Of a stretch of 64,000 nucleotides of DNA, positions 14,033 through 28,001 are shown one piece after another (positions within the stretch are counted from its first letter, which is position 1; every line of letters starts with the position of its first letter). Under the pieces are notes generated by a model, which saw only the letters and a program-made list of their open reading frames with translations, ran no database searches and had not been told where the DNA came from. The stretch covers positions 51,460,001-51,524,000 of the forward strand of contig OX597824.1 in assembly GCA_951406725.2 (NCBI GenBank), in the 5' to 3' direction. The position numbers and the translations under genes are program-made. The stretch is from Octopus vulgaris. Its lineage: Eukaryota.

Positions 14033-14259
14033 TCATTGTATTGGAGATGATTCAGGTGAACTAACATTGTAACCAACCAGACTAGCTCGACAAGAAAGTT
14101 CTGGTAATGAATAATCCTGGACTTTCGAAGGAGACTGACTTGCAGACACGTTTAAGTTGGCGAACTCTTTCCTGGGGCTATTGAAACTGGACAGTGTGCA
14201 TGAGCTGAGATTTGAATAACTTCTTCTGAAGATGCTATGGTCAGGGGTGTTAGACCTAT
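14033..14259 (-). CDS. FSIP1: FSIP1-like terminal coding exon
   Basis: Acceptor ttaaag|AT; phase 1 matches the upstream exon. Reads (D)RSNTPDHS..ESSPIQ then stop. AATAAA on the minus strand at ~13981 and ~13961. Confidence 0.7.
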
Positions 14260-14681
14260 CTTTAATGCAGAAATAAAAACACAAAGCATTAGTAGAAAGA
14301 AATCCCTATTGCTAAGTATGGCAATGAGCACCATTTTCATGGTGCCAAATGAATGACAGACAAGTCTCCATTTAGAAGGACACTATTGAGTCACAGAAAA
14401 CATTCTCTGTTAGTTAATAAGGTGCCTGTTTTTGACAATTTGGTATACTGAAGCAATATAGAAATAAATATACTGTTCAAAAACACTTGCAACAGATTTG
14501 AAACCAAAATTTTTCAGCTGACAGTCCAATAACATGTCTGTTTGGTCACTCTACTTCTTGATGGAAGTTAAGTAGTGCAATACCAGACTAAGTTTTACTG
14601 AAGAATATAAGAGTGTGTCCTTGTCTAAATGAGAAAGAAAACTGTCAAAGACAGAGGATGATTGGAGAACTAGCAACCTAC

Positions 14682-14818
14682 CTGATATTGGAGACAAGGG
14701 TTTATACTTCATTGGAGCGGCTTCCATCAATAACTTTTGCAACACATCATCAGCAAGGCAGGGAGGAGACTTCATAATGGAGGATAAGACATCAGAAGGG
14801 CTTTGCCGACTTAAGTTG
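14682..14818 (-). CDS. FSIP1: FSIP1-like exon
   Basis: ttttag|C ... TCAG|gtagg; phase 2 in, 1 out. Reads NLSRQSPSDVL..LSPIS. Confidence 0.72.
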
Positions 14819-14845
14819 CTAAAACAACAACAGCAATAATAATAA

Positions 14846-14876
<31 letters not shown>

Positions 14877-14883
14877 AAGAATG

Positions 14884-14959
<76 letters not shown>

Positions 14960-15006
14960 TTATTATTTATTATCATTATTTCTTTATTAACAACTAAAGG
15001 TTTATA

Positions 15007-16296
15007 CGAGGGGCGTTCAATAAGTAATGCCCCTGACCCACTTCCCATAGCAGTAGAGCAACGAAACTTGGCACAGTTATTAGTCTGTTTCTACATAGGA
15101 ACCACCCAGAGATACGCATTTCTCCCATCGTTTGATGCGGCTCTGGAGACCGTTTTTGTAGAAGAACCCAGCTTGGTCCTCCAACCTCAACGTGACTTCA
15201 GAAATCAAGACTGCATCATCTGAGAAACGCTTTCCTTTTAAAAACAACTTCATGATTGGGAAGAGGTGAAAATCAGAGGGTGCAAGGTCAGGAAAGTAGG
15301 GGGATGGGGAGGAGTTCATAGCCATACGCCTGTGCTTCTGATCTGGCGACAAGCGAGTTGTGGACCGGAGCGTTGTCCTGCAGGAGGAGGATGCCTTTAC
15401 TGATCTTGCCCCGCCTCTTGATTTTGATAACTTCTCTTAATTTCCTCAAAAGTGAAGCATAATAGGCTCCTGCAATTGTGGTACCCTTTGCCAGGAAATC
15501 TGTCATCACTACTCCGTCCTGGTCCCAGAAGACTGTGAGCATGACCTTGCCAGCGGAGGGCTGCGCCCTAGCCTTCTTTGAAGGGGGTGAGTCACGGTGC
15601 TTCCACTGCATTGACTGGGATTTGGTCTCTGGATCATCATGATGGACCCAGGTTTCATCCTGTGTAATCAGTCTTTTGAAAAATTTTGACTCATCTTCTT
15701 GGCACATGTCCAAATTCACCCTCGAGCACTCGATGCGTTCTTGCTTCTGGAAAGGCGTGAGCAACCTGGGAATCCATCTGGCAGACACCTTTTGCATATG
15801 CAAATGGTCATGAATGATAGTTTCCACAGACCCGGTACTAATCTTGACCTCATGGGCTATTTGGCGAATAATTATGCGTCGATCTTCCAAAATGGCAGCC
15901 TCAACTTGATGGACAGATGCCTCATCAATGGCAGAAGGGGGCGACCAGATCTGGGAGCTGTTTTCACAGAGTTCCGACCATGTTTGAATTCACGATGCCA
16001 GCGTTTTACAAGGTCATATGATGGGGCATCATCACCATAAGTTACTTTCATTTCATCAAAAGTTTCCCGTGGTGTGCGTCCTTTCAAATACAAGAACTGG
16101 ATCACTGCTCGACACTCAACAGGCTCCATTTCACACTTGACTCGGTTCAAACACCTGTAAATCAGAAACCACAATTAATTCAGAGCTGTAATTTACCACT
16201 TACTCTATAGAGATATAAATGATTGCACATGCAAAATTTCAGCTAGATCCAACAACTGCAAGTGGGTCAGAGGCATTACTTATTGAACGTCCCTCG
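15007..16296 (-). mobile_element. Full-length mariner transposon, 1290 bp
   Basis: ~37-bp TIRs CGAGGG(G/A)CGTTCAATAAGTAATGCC(C/T)CTGACCCACTT, with TA target duplication at 15005-15006 and 16297-16298. Confidence 0.97.
15080..16129 (-). pseudogene. Mariner D,D34D-type transposase with two frameshifts
   Basis: MEPVECRAVIQFL HTH region, WIPRLLT, TQDETW, QDNAPVH and PDLAPSDFHLF are spread over three ORFs. Confidence 0.93.
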
Positions 16297-16499
16297 TACA
16301 AAGACCAAGACAGTACAGGTTGGGATAGTACATTATGATATGAAATGAGGGTTACATGAAGCTGTGTAAACAGTCAAATAACAAAGAAACAAAAAATACA
16401 AACAAGAAAAAATCTCAAATGTAGGGCAGCTTGTGTAAATCCTTCAAAATCACAGTCATCCTCACCATTAAAGTGAGTGCCTCTCTCTCCGCTCTCCTC

Positions 16500-18070
16500 T
16501 CTCAGTCTGCAAGCACATGCTCAGTGCAAGCCATTCACTATGATCACCCTTGCCACATTCAGCTGCCTGTCAACAAATTTGCAGGAAAGCAGCACTTCCC
16601 TCTCTACTCTGCCGAAAGACATTCTCACTGCAGTTGGACATGTCTACAGATGTGAGGGACATGACCAAGTTGTGCATTTTTATTTAGATGGTATTTACTG
16701 ATATGACTGCAAAAGAGGAGCTGTTAATAGTACTGCCCTTGAAAGAACACATGCGATGAGAGGACATCTTTCTGTCTTCCAAAAACCTTATCAAGAAATC
16801 CTAGCTCCCAGTGTGCAAATTCGTGTTCCCCACCACGGACGGATTGCCCACGATGGTTGGCTGGTCAAATGGATTTATTTCCAAGTGCAGGGAGGACGAT
16901 GCTTTCCCAAACTTCCTCAATTACCACTGCATAATACACCAACAAGTGTTATGCACAAAAATGCTCAACATGAAAGAGATATGGATGTAGCAATGAAGAT
17001 AGCCAGTTCTATTTGTGTCAGATCTCTTCAAAGACAGCTATTCCATGAGCATCTGCGACCATTTTAAGTTGTTGCTACACACTGTCATGAGATGGTTTAG
17101 TCGAGGAAAATTCCTACAAAGATTTCAAGAGCTGTGTCCAGAGATTAAGATTTTCCGTGAAGCTAAACATGCAGAATACAACCAACTAAATGATGATCAG
17201 TGGCTGCTAGACTTGGCATTTTTAACCAATCTGACCATGTTGAATGACCTTAATGTAAAGTTGCAAGGAAAAGACAAAACCATAATCAATATGATCAGCT
17301 CAATTAACGATTTCAAATGAAAAATGCAACATCCCTCCTCAAAGCTGCAGTGCCATGATTTGACAAACTTAAAGAACCTCATGACAGAGCTAGAGACCCA
17401 AGGAAAGGCGTGTGTGCAACTTGACAGTGCACACTATACAGAGCAGACTGACAATTGTCTATCAGAGTTTGACAATCGCTTTCAAGACTTTGCTTTACTC
17501 AAGCCAGTTGCTACATTCATGTGCTACCCTTTTTGAGAAGATGCTGAGGTTGATTCACTCACATCAAAAATTGCAACAATGTTTCACCTGAACTCTTCAG
17601 GAGTGGAGGATGAGATTTTGACACTACAGGCTGACATTCAGCTGAAGTCCAGGGCCCATGGACAGTTCTGGAACTTACTCACAGAAGAAAAGTACCCCAA
17701 CATGAGGAAATGTGCCACCTCCTTAACAACATTGTTTGGCTCCACTTATTTACGTGAGTCAGCCTTTTCCCACGTGAAGATTATTAGGTCCAAATACCAT
17801 TCCACCATGACTGGTGATCATTTTGGAAGTGTGCTTGAGGCTAGCAACCAGCAGCTACTGTCTGGACTATGCATCCCTGGCTGATTCTATTCAGTGCAAG
17901 TCATGTACAATATATGTTGGGGTAAGATAATGACAAAAAATATACAGAATTATATTATGCAATATGGATTCATGCAGTTATACAAGGTACCCCAACATAT
18001 ATTGTGCATATAAAGAATCCTCAATAAATTTATAAGTAGCTCGCATGCTAAAAAAATGTGTGCATCCCTG
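16500..18070 (+). mobile_element. hAT (Buster/GTF2IRD2-like) transposon, 3' part, degenerate
   Basis: FSLQLDMSTD, KEELL..LPLK, VMRWFSRGKFLQRF, WLLDLAFLT and LFGSTYLRESAFS. Right end ...CATCCCTG is followed by ccctaaag (NNNTANNN). Confidence 0.88.
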
Positions 18071-18526
18071 CCCTAAAGTATCTCACCTATTTGTTCATAG
18101 CTACGGTGGGGGGAGGGGGTGTTAGTGTGTTTTTATTTCTTTTTCTTTACTTTGCATTAGAACTTTTCACCACTTCAGCTCCTTGTTGTCCTCTTCTGCA
18201 CACATCATGGCTGAATGGTTCCAACCAGAGAGGACATACCTTAGAGGAGAGGGATCTGCAGGGGAGAGTCATTGCTTTTCTCTTGTTGTTTGGGGGCTTT
18301 CAGTTGCTGATGTTGTTAGTGTTGCAATGTCTTTTGTGGGGTATTGTTTGTTTGTTTATTTGGGTGGGTGGGTAGATAGGTAGGTAGGTAGATAGGTATA
18401 TGGATGGAAGGGTGAGTGGATGGGTGGATGGACTGAACTGAAATGAAAGGAAATGAAAATAATCTTGATTGGCAAATAAGCTGAATTGTGCTTTGTTACT
18501 GATAAGTATGGTGGTGGTGGTGAAGT

Positions 18527-18747
18527 CCATGTCTGGAAAGTTCACCGTCATCGATTCACTTCAGGGAAAGTTCACCATCATCAATTCACCATTTTTTTGC
18601 AATAAAATAGTTTATAACTATTACTGGTGAGATTCTATGGATATATTTTCTCGGTAAACTTTCCTCACAGTGAACTTTCTTGATGATGAATTTCTGGTAG
18701 TGAACTCTCTTGCAATGAACTGATGGTGGTGAACTTACTTGTAATCA
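18527..18747. mobile_element. MITE/foldback element with ~15-bp periodic subterminal repeats
   Basis: Repeated GTTCAC on the left and GTGAAC on the right; a second copy lies at 47231-47518. Confidence 0.7.
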
Positions 18748-19941
18748 GTGGAGTCAGTAGTGAACTTACTTGTAATCAGTGGAGTCAGTAGTGATAGTGG
18801 TGTTTGGACAGTAAAGAGTGTTGCTTTCTAATGCTTTGTTTTAAATTTTAATATCACCCATCACTTAACACATGTGCTTTAGTGTAATTAATTATCATCT
18901 GCTCAATTGAAACTGGTAATTATTTATAAAATAAGGACAACGATAGATGACACAAGTTAACACGAGAAAGAATAAGAAGGTTTAGGGTAAAGTGTTTTAT
19001 ATTTCTTTAAAGAAATGCATTAAGATTTTTTAAAACTCTACCAACATTCAGTAGCAGAGTAATATTATAGATAATGGCTTCAATTTCATTCCATAGATAA
19101 GATTCTTGACTTCTTGACATAAAATGGAAAATAATTGATAACTCACAAAATAGAAGGTATCATAATACAGCTTTCAGAGATGTTGTTTCTCAATGTTGCA
19201 CCTTCAGTACTACCTATGTGAACTTTACATCATCTCAAGAATCAAATAAACCATGGAGTTTCCACAAATACAGTTAATCATTATTATAACTCAATTAGAA
19301 GAATGCTATATGTTATAAAAAGAACAGTTTCACAATATTTCATTGCTACATCAGTTTTCATCAGGTTCAAAATAAAAGAAGAATGATAAAAATTGAAAAA
19401 TACACAAAGATGCAGTAATTCCAAAATTCAGCATGCATATGTGTGTGCATGTATATGTACATGGGTGCATGTGTGCTTGTGTGTGTGTGTGTGTGTGTGT
19501 ACATGGATGCCTGTGTGCATATGTGTGTACATGGGTACATGTGTGTGTACATAGGTACATGTGTGTGTTGGTGTGCACATGCATGTGTCTGTGTGTGCAT
19601 ATGAAATACCATCATCTTATCAATTTAATTTCAGTACAAGCCAACAAGGGAACATCACTGGGGTTGCTCAATCAGCTAAAAATAGCAGCAAAATCCACAC
19701 CATCATATACTACCTACTACTTTAAAAATTCGAGGATACAGTCTTAGCTACACTATCTTTTATCTTTTCTTTTATTTGTTTCAGTTATTAGACTATGGTC
19801 ATGCTGGGGCACTGCCTAGAATATTTAGACAAATGAATAGACGCCAGTACATTTTTTTCATAAGCCTGGTACTTGTTCAACCCATGACTTTTGCCAAACT
19901 GCTAAGTTTTGGAGATGTAAACGCATCAAGCAGTGGAAGGG

Positions 19942-19999
<58 letters not shown>

Positions 20000-20850
20000 C
20001 ACAACAGGCTTCTTTCAGTTTCCATCAACCAAATTCACTCACAAGGCTTTGGTTGGCCCAAGGCTGTAGTGGAAGACACTTGTTGCCCAAGGTGTCATGC
20101 AGTGGGAGTGAACCATTGGTTGGGGAGCAAGTTTCTTACCACACAGCCATGCTTGCATCTGCACTAAACCAAAAGCAAGAAAAAAGGGTAAGATGTGATT
20201 CTATGGCTGTCATCAGGGCTTAACCTGGAGCTAAACAATAACAGCTATTGCCAGTACATTTCAAAGTAGCTCAATTGGTTCCAAGTCAACAAGGTCATTG
20301 CCAAAATATATGATAGTATGCAGGAGCTGACTACAGTTTTCATCACTGCTCCACTGCCCAAAGATGATAATCTATATATTGTTTTTTAACATCTCTTTTT
20401 GTTTTCAGTGCTTTTGATTTCACCCCTGTCCACCTAAACTCTTCTACCATTCATTAACTCATTAGTTTTGTATTTGAAGCAAAGATTCTTAGTTCTCGTA
20501 TAACTCTAAAGAACTATATTTTTGCAGAAGTAGAAGACCTAAGTATAATCAGAGATTGCATCAGTTGAAATGCTGCCATCGTCATTGTCGACATCATCAC
20601 TATCATCATCGTTTTGTCATCCTCTTTTTCATTCTTGTATGGGTCAAACAGAACTAACTGAGACAAATTTTCTATAGCTAAATGTTTTTTTCTGTTGCCA
20701 ACTCTCACCTATTTCCAGGCTAAGTAATATTTCCCCAAGGCTGGACAAGTTTTCCGTGGAAGATGAGAAACAAAAATACATCTCTTGTATGATAGTGATG
20801 CTCATTTAGTTGTCACATAATGCCAATACAAGGACACACACACACACTCA

Positions 20851-20920
<70 letters not shown>

Positions 20921-21635
20921 TGGTACTTCTTTCAATTTCTGTCTTCTAAATCCAGTCACAAGTCTTTGATCAGACGGGGTTTATAGTAGAGGACACTTTC
21001 CCAAGGTGCCAAGCAGTGGGACCGTATCTAAAAGCATGTGGTTGGGGAGCAAACTTCTTAATCAGACAGTTATCCCTGCATCTACAGTGTAAAACATAAA
21101 CCTACAAAAACTGTGATTAATTGCCCTGGGAATTTAAATTATAACACTAATAAATTATCTCATCAGCTGAAAGATAATTATACCCACTAAAACTGGACAA
21201 CAATCGAAGGCAAGGTTTGCTTGAAAGAATGACTTATATTTATCATAACAAACTAAAAATACACTCAGTAATTCAATAGAGACTTTTCTATTTAAAATAC
21301 TCACCAGTTATCTTTCTATTGAAAGCTATTTGCTATGAGGAAGATGAGAGGTTTTAAAAATTAAGTTTCTCTATTAAGAATACATCTTTCCTGACTCCCA
21401 AAATAACAGACCAACATAGTAGAAACCTTTAGTTTCACTCTTAGTAGACTGTTAGTTTTCACCAATCATTTGGTGCTGATCAAAAACTTAACAGTTAACT
21501 TTAAAAGCATTACCAATTACTATTGCTATTCTCAGTGTATTGTGCAGTTTATCATCATATTTTCTGTCTTTATAAGGTGATTCTCATCACTTCTGAAATC
21601 TAAACTGTTTGCAGTATGTTGTATAAAACACTTAC

Positions 21636-21778
21636 CTTAGTCGCATTAAATCTTCATCAACAGAAGAGTTAGTTGATCGGGCAGTTGTACATAATGAATT
21701 GGCAGCAGATTCAGTTAAAGACACAGCACATGATTCCAACAGATCTTGTAAAACATCAGGCTCAAGAGTAGAATTCCC
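21636..21778 (-). CDS. FSIP1: FSIP1-like exon
   Basis: ctgtag|GGG ... AAG|gtaag; phase 0 in, 2 out. Reads GNSTLEPDVLQDLLESC..DEDLMRL. Confidence 0.8.
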
Positions 21779-21814
21779 CTACAGATGATAATAATAATAA
21801 TAATAATAATAATG

Positions 21815-22461
21815 GTTTTAGATCTGAGCACAAGGCCAGCAATTTCAGGGGAAAGGGTTAAGTCAATTACATCAATTCCAGTGTTCAACTGGTACATATT
21901 TTATCGCCCCTGAAAGGATGAAAGGTAAAGTCAATCCCTGCAGAATTTGAACTCAGAATGTACAGACAGATGAAATGATGCTAAGCATTTTTCCAGGTGT
22001 GCTAACAGTTCAGCCAGCTCACCACCTTAATAATAATAATTCTTTCTACTAAAGGCACAAGGCCTGAAATATGGATGCAGGGGACTAGTCGGTCACATTG
22101 ATTCCAGTGTTTCACTGGTACTTAATTTATTGACCCTGAAATGATGAAAGGCGAAGTCGACCTCAGAACAAAGACAAATGAAATTCTGCAAAGCATTTCA
22201 TGTGGCATGCTAATGACACTGCGAACTTGCGGCTTTAATGATAATAATAATGATAATGCTTTCTGCTATAGACACAAGGCCTGAATTTGGTGGGGTGCGG
22301 GTAAGTCAAATATCTCGACCTCAGTACTCAACTGGTACTTATTTTATTGACCCTGGAAAGATAAAAGGCAAATTCAACCTCAGCAGAATTTGAACTCAGA
22401 ACATAATGAAGGACAAAATACTGCAAAGCATTTTGCCTGGCATGCTAACGATTTTGCCACC

Positions 22462-22462
<1 letters not shown>
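21815..22462 (-). mobile_element. Three tandem tRNA-SINEs (family A, Meta-domain-like)
   Basis: Head aggtggtgagctggc, B-box gagttcaaattc and central ctttcatcctttcagggt.aataaa..aagtaccag; copies are separated by AAT tracts. Confidence 0.8.
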
Positions 22463-22532
<70 letters not shown>

Positions 22533-22568
22533 TAATCTCTAATAATAATGATAATAATAATGATGAAA

Positions 22569-22622
<54 letters not shown>

Positions 22623-24739
22623 CAAATCTGCATAAACTTCACTTTACATGTGCATGCATGCTTGTGTGTGCGTGTGTATGTATGTATGTATGTATGTATG
22701 TATGTGTGTGTGCATGTGTGTGTGTGTGTGTGTCCGTGTGTGTGTGTACGTGCGTGCTGGACTGTGTGTTTAGTTATATTTCTTTCCAATTCATTTGTAT
22801 CCTGAGTTTGCTTCCTGTCAAGTTTTACTTAACCATTTATTCTTCCAAGATGAAATACCGGTTAGCTACTGCATCGAATTAGATTTACTGGTTCATCGTT
22901 GATTTTCATCCTTTTGGAGTTGATAAGATAAAGTAGCTGCCAAATATCTAGCGTCCAAAATTGCTATCCTTGTGTCACACACGTGCACCCGTGCGCATAC
23001 ACACACACACACACACACAGATATATATATACATAAACGTATTTTTGCATGTGTACATGGGCATTTCATCAGAAGTTAAATGTCTGTGTCTAAGGGAAAT
23101 AACTGCAAATCCCCTAAATATATGTCTCATTATTACTTCCCTTGCATCCAACATTTTTGGTACGCGTTGACGACATTAAAAAAACGCTATGATCATTACA
23201 CTTCGATTTTAATTCCACTGAAACATCCCTATGGATTCGTGTTACGATCTCTAATTATTGTCATTTGGAATTGGTTACATTCCTGTTTTACTCGAAATAG
23301 AAACAGTCTTTACAAGACAACCTAAAAATGCAGCCTGTACCATTTCACATTCAATTTGGAAAAATTCTATTCAAAAAGAGAATACTAAAAATGAGAGTAA
23401 AAAATACTTTAATTATTTATGTATCACTAAAACACACACACAACATACATACATACATACATACATACATACATACATACATACATGCATGCATGCATGC
23501 ATACATACATGCATACATGCATACATACATGCACACACACACATACATACATACATGCATGCATACATACATGCACACACACACACACATACATACATAC
23601 ATATATACATACATACATGCATACATACATACATGCACACACACATACATACATACATACATACATACATACATACATACATACATACATACATGTTCAA
23701 ATTCCGCCGAGGTCGACTTTGCCTTTCATCCTTTCGGGGTCGATAAATTAAGTACCAGTTACGCACTGGGGTCGAAATAATCGACTTAATACCTATGTCT
23801 GTCCATGTTTGTCCCCTCTATGTTTAGCCCCTTGTGGGCAATAAAGAAATAGATATATACAGTCATACATACACGAAGGGCTTCTTTCAATTTCCATCTA
23901 CCAAATCCACCCATAAGACTTTATTCAACTTACGACTATAATAGAAGATACTTAACCAAGTTGTCATGCAGTGGGAAGTAAACTTCTTACCACATAGCCA
24001 CGCTTGTGGCATTTTCTTTTTTACTTTAGTTCCTAGGTTCTTTGGGAGATTTTGTTGTTTTTTATTGTGTTTTTATTTTTGTTTGTTTCTTTCCGGCTAC
24101 CACTCTGACAGATTAAATAATACCACAGCACATGATATGTATCTATAATTTAACATAATCAACGGTCCTCAAAAATCTGGACTGGATAGCAAGCTATTAC
24201 ACGGTAATGTGGTAGGTACAAAAATGCAATACCATGGACTAAGAACTAAGAAGTGCCTACTAGCTGAAAACAAGGAGAACGTAGGTTGTCTTTAAAAAAT
24301 TTTTTAAATACATGAAATATAGATGCTTAGAGTTAGTGTGTAGTTGCCAACGACACAAAAATCAAGAGGCGTTATGAACAATAATTTATTTGGTGAAAAA
24401 TTACGAAAACCAAAATACAATTTCAGGGATAAATATAACGATACAAGGGAGATCAATGTAATTTCAAGAAATAAAGAGTTATGCCCCTTAATCAATTTTT
24501 ACTTGATTTGAGCTTTATTTTATAATAGTTCAATTAAAAGGTCACAGAAATATAAAATTGCTCCGCGGCAAAACAGAGAAATCATTTATAAATTTTTTTT
24601 GCCAATACCACTAGCTTTTTAAACACCGCTCCCAGATAAACAAATTATAAACGGACATATATACACATCACTTTCTAAACCTATTTATACACACACACAC
24701 ACATATATATATACACATACATACATATATATATACACA

Positions 24740-24807
<68 letters not shown>

Positions 24808-24826
24808 TATATACACACATATATAT

Positions 24827-24873
<47 letters not shown>

Positions 24874-24886
24874 CACATATATATAT

Positions 24887-24921
<35 letters not shown>

Positions 24922-24964
24922 CATATATATATAAATATATATATATACACAAATATATAATATA

Positions 24965-25320
24965 AATAAAATTGGAGATGGAATGTTTAATAGACTTTAT
25001 TGTGTGCAACATATGTTTCAACTCGTTCTGGGTCCCTTCAGGTGCATCACTAAAAAGTCTCACTTGAGTCGGCTTACGTACCGTTATATATCCATCACAT
25101 TCGAGAATGAGTAAAATCTGAGAAAAATTATTGAAACGCCAAAAATTCAAATAGGAACATAGAAAGTTTACATTCTCCTATTTTATTAATACTGTTACCC
25201 CAACCACCACTATGAAGTTCCTGCAATAAATCTATGGATAACAACAGGTAATCAAAACTGTGCTGGTGCTTTACTCATCATTTATTTAAACATTTTGTAC
25301 AATTACTTCATTATATATAT
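24965..25320 (-). mobile_element. Penelope/retrozyme-like remnant with a degenerate hammerhead (25004-25046)
   Basis: Minus strand reads CTGAAGG-GACCC agaac GAGTT-GAAAC ATAT GTT. Same family as 52481, and adjacent to (TA)n. Confidence 0.55.
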
Positions 25321-25412
25321 AGATAGATATAGATGTGATTTTGAGGACTGTTGATGTATACATACATACATATATATATATAAATACAGAAACACACACA
25401 CACACACACATA

Positions 25413-26268
25413 TATAGGGTACAATGGGTAAATTGTTGCTATTTTATATTTTTAATTTTGCACATTCTTTGTTCTTGATTTTGTCGACTACACAGTATGG
25501 CAGGGTGAGTTGAGCACCATCTATGAGAAAAACAACACCATGATGCAATTCACTCTGCCAGAAATTTAGAAACGACATGCTGTACTGCTTGACATTTGTG
25601 GCAAAAGCTCCAGTACGAACATTTCAGAGTGTTTGTGTGTCAATCTGAGGACAGTGCAATCCGAGGACATGTACTGAGAGTGATAAAAATCAAACATCCT
25701 GTCAACATCATGGCGTTTGGAGTGATCACTAGTGATGGCAACGTTATACCACCATTCATCTTCTCACATGGCCTCAGACTCCACATGGAAGCTTACATTA
25801 AGTGCCTGGAGGAGGTAGTGCTGCCCTGGGTGAAGAGGGTGGCTACTGGAAGACCCTATGTCTGGCAACAGGACTCTGCCCCATGCCACACAAGCAGGGG
25901 AACTCAGTCATGGCTATCAAACAATTTCTGCGACCACATCTGGCCACCTAACTCCCCCTTAATTATTATGTTTGGGGTGCAGTTGAGCGAGAGACCAACA
26001 AAACACCTTGTAATACCAAAGATGAAATGAAGGCAAGCATTATGGCAACATTCAGCAACTTAAACAAGGAGACCATCCAGAAGATTTGCAGGAGATTCTG
26101 AAGTCATCTGGAGGCTGTGGTTGAAACCATTGGCGATTTTAATGAATAAATGAACTCTTTGGTATTTCAAGAGATTTTTATGTAATTTTGGTAAATATAT
26201 CTGTTAAAATGAGATTAGTGTAATGTTCAGTTTTGCATAATTTAAACATCAGATTATTCACTGCACTC
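25413..26268 (+). mobile_element. Tc1/mariner (maT-like) internally deleted element
   Basis: KHPVNIMAFGVITSDG..YVWQQDSAPCH..IWPPNSP; a related fragment lies at ~47890-48415. Confidence 0.8.
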
Positions 26269-28001
26269 CATCATCATCATCATCATCATCATCGTTTAAC
26301 GTCCGTTTTCCGCGCTAGCACGGGTTGGACGGTTCGACCGGGGTCTGGGAAGCCAGGGGCCGCTCCAGGCTCCAGTCTGATCTGGCAGAGTTTCTACGGC
26401 TGGATGCCCTTCCTAACGCCAACCACTCCGTGAGTGGAGTGGGTGCTTTTACGTGCCACCTGCACAGGGGCCGGGGGGGGGTCCGGCATCGGTCACGATC
26501 GGTTTGAGCTTTTAACGTGCCAGCGGCACGGGGGCAACGGGATCCGGGGTACTTTGGGGATCCGGGGTACTTTGAATGGGTAGGGGGTATGTGGAATTGC
26601 TGCAGAAAGCAGCCTGGGTCTTTGCAGTCACAGCATATCTCCAGAGATCTCGGTCCTTCGCTCTGAGGTCATGCTTGACTACTTCATCCCATGTCTTCCT
26701 GGGTCTACCTCTCCCCCTGATACCTTCAACTGTTTGGGAGTGGCACTTCTTCACACATCTCTCTTCATCCATCCGCAGCACATGACCATACCATCGCAAG
26801 CGTCGCTCTTGCACACCACATCTGATGCTTCTTATATCCAGCATTTCTCTTAGGATGCTTACACTCTGTCTTGCGTGCACACTGACACTACACATCCAGC
26901 GGATCATGCTAGCTTCATTTCTTTCAAGTCTACGCATGTCCTCTGCAGTCACAGCCCATGTTTCATTACCGTGAAGCATGGCAGTTCACACACATGCATC
27001 ATACAGTCTACCTTTCGCTCTGAGGGAGAGACCTTTTGTTGCCAGTAGGGGTAGGAGCTTTCTGAACTTTGCCCAGGCTATTCGTATTCTAGTGGTGATA
27101 CTCTCTGTGCATCCACCTCCGCTACTAACTTGGTCACCCAGGTAGCGGAAACTATCAACTACTTCTAGTTTCTCTCCCTGGAGTGTGATGGAATCTGTTT
27201 TCTGAGTGTCTGTTGTGTCTATTGTCCCTGTGCATCTGCCGCACAAAAGCTATCTTATCTGTTAATTTCCCTTTAATGTTGCTGCACCTCTTATGTGTCC
27301 ATAGCTTACATTGGGTGCATCTTATGGAGTTTCTACCTGTACCTTTCTTACAGATTGAGCAGGGCCACCTACCCGAGGGGGTGTGTGCTGAGTACCTCTT
27401 GCTGCTTACTAATACTTTGGTCTTTGCTACATTTATTCTAAGGCCCTTTGATTCTAACCCTTGCTTCCACACCCGAAATTTCTTTTCTAGTTCCGGTAGT
27501 GATTCTGCTATGAGAGCTAGGTCATCGGCATAGAGGAGCTCCCAGGGGCATCCCGTTTTGAATTCCTCTGTTATTGCCTGAAGGACTATGATGAATAAAA
27601 GGGGACTGAGGGCTGAGCCCTGGTGCACACCTACTTCTACCCGGAATTCTTCACTATATTCGTTGCCAATCCTAACCTTGCTGACAGCCTCTCTGTATAG
27701 AGCCTGTACAGCCCTTATTAGCCATTCGTCAATCTCCAGTTTCCGCATCGACCACCAGATAAGGGAACGGGGAACCCTGTCAAAGGCTTTCTCCAAGTCT
27801 ACAAAAGCTATGTAGAGGGGTTTATCTTTAGCTAGGTACTTCTCCTGCAGTTGTCGGACCAGGAATATAGCGTCAGTGGTGCTTCTACCTGGTACAAAAC
27901 CGAACTGCATTTCATCTAAACAAATTCTCTCCCTAATGAGATGGGTTATGACCTTCTCTGAGACCTTCATCACCTGGTCCAACAGTTTGATACCTCTGTA
28001 G

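Larger units (their letters stand above)
14975..16495 (-). mobile_element. Tx1-like LINE 3' end interrupted by the mariner
   Basis: The minus strand reads AEREAL (cf. VEREVL in the 6300 copy) at ~16490, then a T-rich UTR, then gttAATAAAgaaa at ~14980. Confidence 0.5.

Noticed and set aside
23258-23780. Overlapping HTYI/MYVC ORFs
   Set aside because: Artefact of (TACA)n; the same applies at 19351, 22445, 24668, 44199 and 52864.
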